Assembly (NCBI RefSeq): GCF_964355755.1
Contig: NC_092673.1
Location: 30,873,648-30,937,647, forward strand
Reading direction: 5' to 3'
Source: Antedon mediterranea
Lineage: Eukaryota; Animalia; Echinodermata
DNA length: 64,000 bases
The notes under the pieces were generated by a model. It did no database searches. It worked only from the letters and a program-made list of their open reading frames with translations, and had not been told where the DNA came from. Shown piece by piece: positions 62,901-64,000 of this stretch; position 1 is the first letter of the stretch, and the number at the start of each line of letters is the position of its first letter. The position numbers and the translations under genes were made by a program.

Positions 62901-63745
62901 TATATAATTATAGGTATAACATTGCAGTATTGAGATACGAGATACGTGTTATCTTTATCACTAACACCACTTGGCAAGTATTACATCAGAGACATTACAC
63001 GAGTCATTATAGTTACCCATTTAGTGGGAATTTAACAGTAGGATCTACTGAAATGCTATTCACACTCAAAATAAATAACACTGACTAGTAAGTAAGAAAG
63101 TGGGCAATTATCACATCGGATTTACGTGACAATTTATGACCCACTGGTTTATGGGCAGCTATTTTAGCCGACATCTATCAGTAGTCCCTACTTTAAAACT
63201 ATTTCTGAAGTAAGTAAGTTAGCCATAATATAATCACATCGAAAATACGGGTCAGTATGAGCAGCTTTTAACAGTAGGCCCTTCTGAAAAAAAAAGAGTT
63301 ATTTACAAGTATTAACATAACGACAAAAAACACTATGTACATACACAATAATAATGTCAAGTAATCTGAACTAAAGGTCATTATGGGCAGCTGTTTTGCT
63401 GAAATTAACAGTATCATTTCAGTATAAAGGCCCAGTTAAATCCAAACTTAAAATGTGTACCCATCATGACTCGTATAATTTCCGATGTATGTAATAATTG
63501 CTAAGTGGCGTTAAATATAACATGTACTATATCTCATATCTCATACTAAAGCTATTCATAGCTTACGAAGAATAACATAGTGTACATCAATAATGTATCA
63601 AGTATTGCATAAGAAATACTAGTCATTGGGCAGCTATTTTAACTAAAATGTAACAGTTGCCACGCTATTACTACTTACCAAACTTGCAGAAAGAACAACT
63701 ATGAGCTTGTAACACTAAACACATAAACTTTACTAGTGTTTGCAT
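59931..63745 (-). CDS. Membrane-anchored IgGFc-binding protein N-terminal domain protein (FCGBP-like domain + S/T stalk + TM), about 604 aa
   Basis: The large exon 61678-59931 has IgGFc_binding motifs (RKFIIGFMDN, DGFLGLPIETLGCRYYV, DLSGSIITSSKPIAVMAG, CNHLVEQLPPTELWGSSF, GGPAM), a Ser/Thr-rich stalk and TM helix LFVYSMAITLAIAVIVICTCAVTYYC. A putative signal-peptide exon 63745-63679 (MQTLVKFMCLVLQAHSCSFCKF, G|GTAAGT) joins in phase 1; this first exon is less certain. Confidence 0.82.
62434..62845. mobile_element. EnSpm/CACTA-like MITE
   Basis: About 45-bp TIRs (T)ACTGTAAAAATAGTGTTTAGATCTTAAAC / GTTTAAGATCTAAACACTATTTTTACAGTG, with internal AAACATGTTTAG repeats. No clear TSD. Confidence 0.7.
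63015..63660. repeat. Degenerate tandem repeat (about 115-bp units) in the intron of the IgGFc-domain gene
   Basis: Recurrent (A)TGGGCAGCT.TTTT...TAACAGTAG blocks at about 63025, 63151, 63257, 63382 and 63627. Confidence 0.5.
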
Positions 63746-64000
63746 GCTTAGTGATCTTTCTTCTTTTATTCTGGTAGATAGTTATCTACGTCGTCTAGAG
63801 AAATTGCTACTAAAAGGTTTTATGTCCGATGAGGACTACTTAGAAACCAATCTACCCCCTGCTTTGATCGTGTATACGATTCGAAGCCCAATAGAAAGTT
63901 GAGCCATCAATAAATAAACGTAACAGAGGCAAAATCGGATCGTTCCGTAACATTCTGTACTCTGTATAGATTGAGTAACGAATTTGGCCTGAGGCTTTAC

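Noticed and set aside
63565-63626. Alternative first exon (MTSISYAILDTLLMYTMLFF) for the IgGFc-domain gene
   Set aside because: It ends in phase 0 and cannot join the phase-1 acceptor at 61678, and it lies in a degenerate repeat. The 63745-63679 exon fits.

Overview
AT-rich, intron-containing eukaryotic (metazoan) genomic DNA, most likely a marine invertebrate deuterostome such as an echinoderm. That assignment is inferred from the gene set, the SINE families and the TAGGCCTA-rich composition, and cannot be proven here. Bases 1-18 kb are almost entirely transposon-derived. They include a 10.6 kb nest of at least four DNA transposons inserted one inside another, each still with terminal inverted repeats (TIRs) and its own target-site duplication (TSD), plus a Helentron-type HINE, a tRNA-SINE, and L2 and RTE fragments. 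Bases 18.7-64 kb hold six genes, which I assembled by hand from GT-AG junctions, each into an unbroken reading frame: ZER1 (13 coding exons, 752 aa, +); an ankyrin-repeat/SOCS-box protein (2 exons, 477 aa, -); two adjacent, apparently paralogous orphan type-I membrane proteins (325 aa with a Tyr-motif tail, 170 aa with an acidic dileucine tail, both +); a complete pappalysin (18 exons, 1546 aa, +); and a membrane-anchored IgGFc-binding-domain protein (2 exons, about 604 aa, -). The introns carry many PIF/Harbinger-like MITEs and an LTR with a triplicated tRNA-Leu primer-binding site. The best candidate for an undescribed system is the orphan receptor/adaptor pair lying head-to-head with the ANK-SOCS gene. 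No database searches were possible, so all novelty claims are untested.
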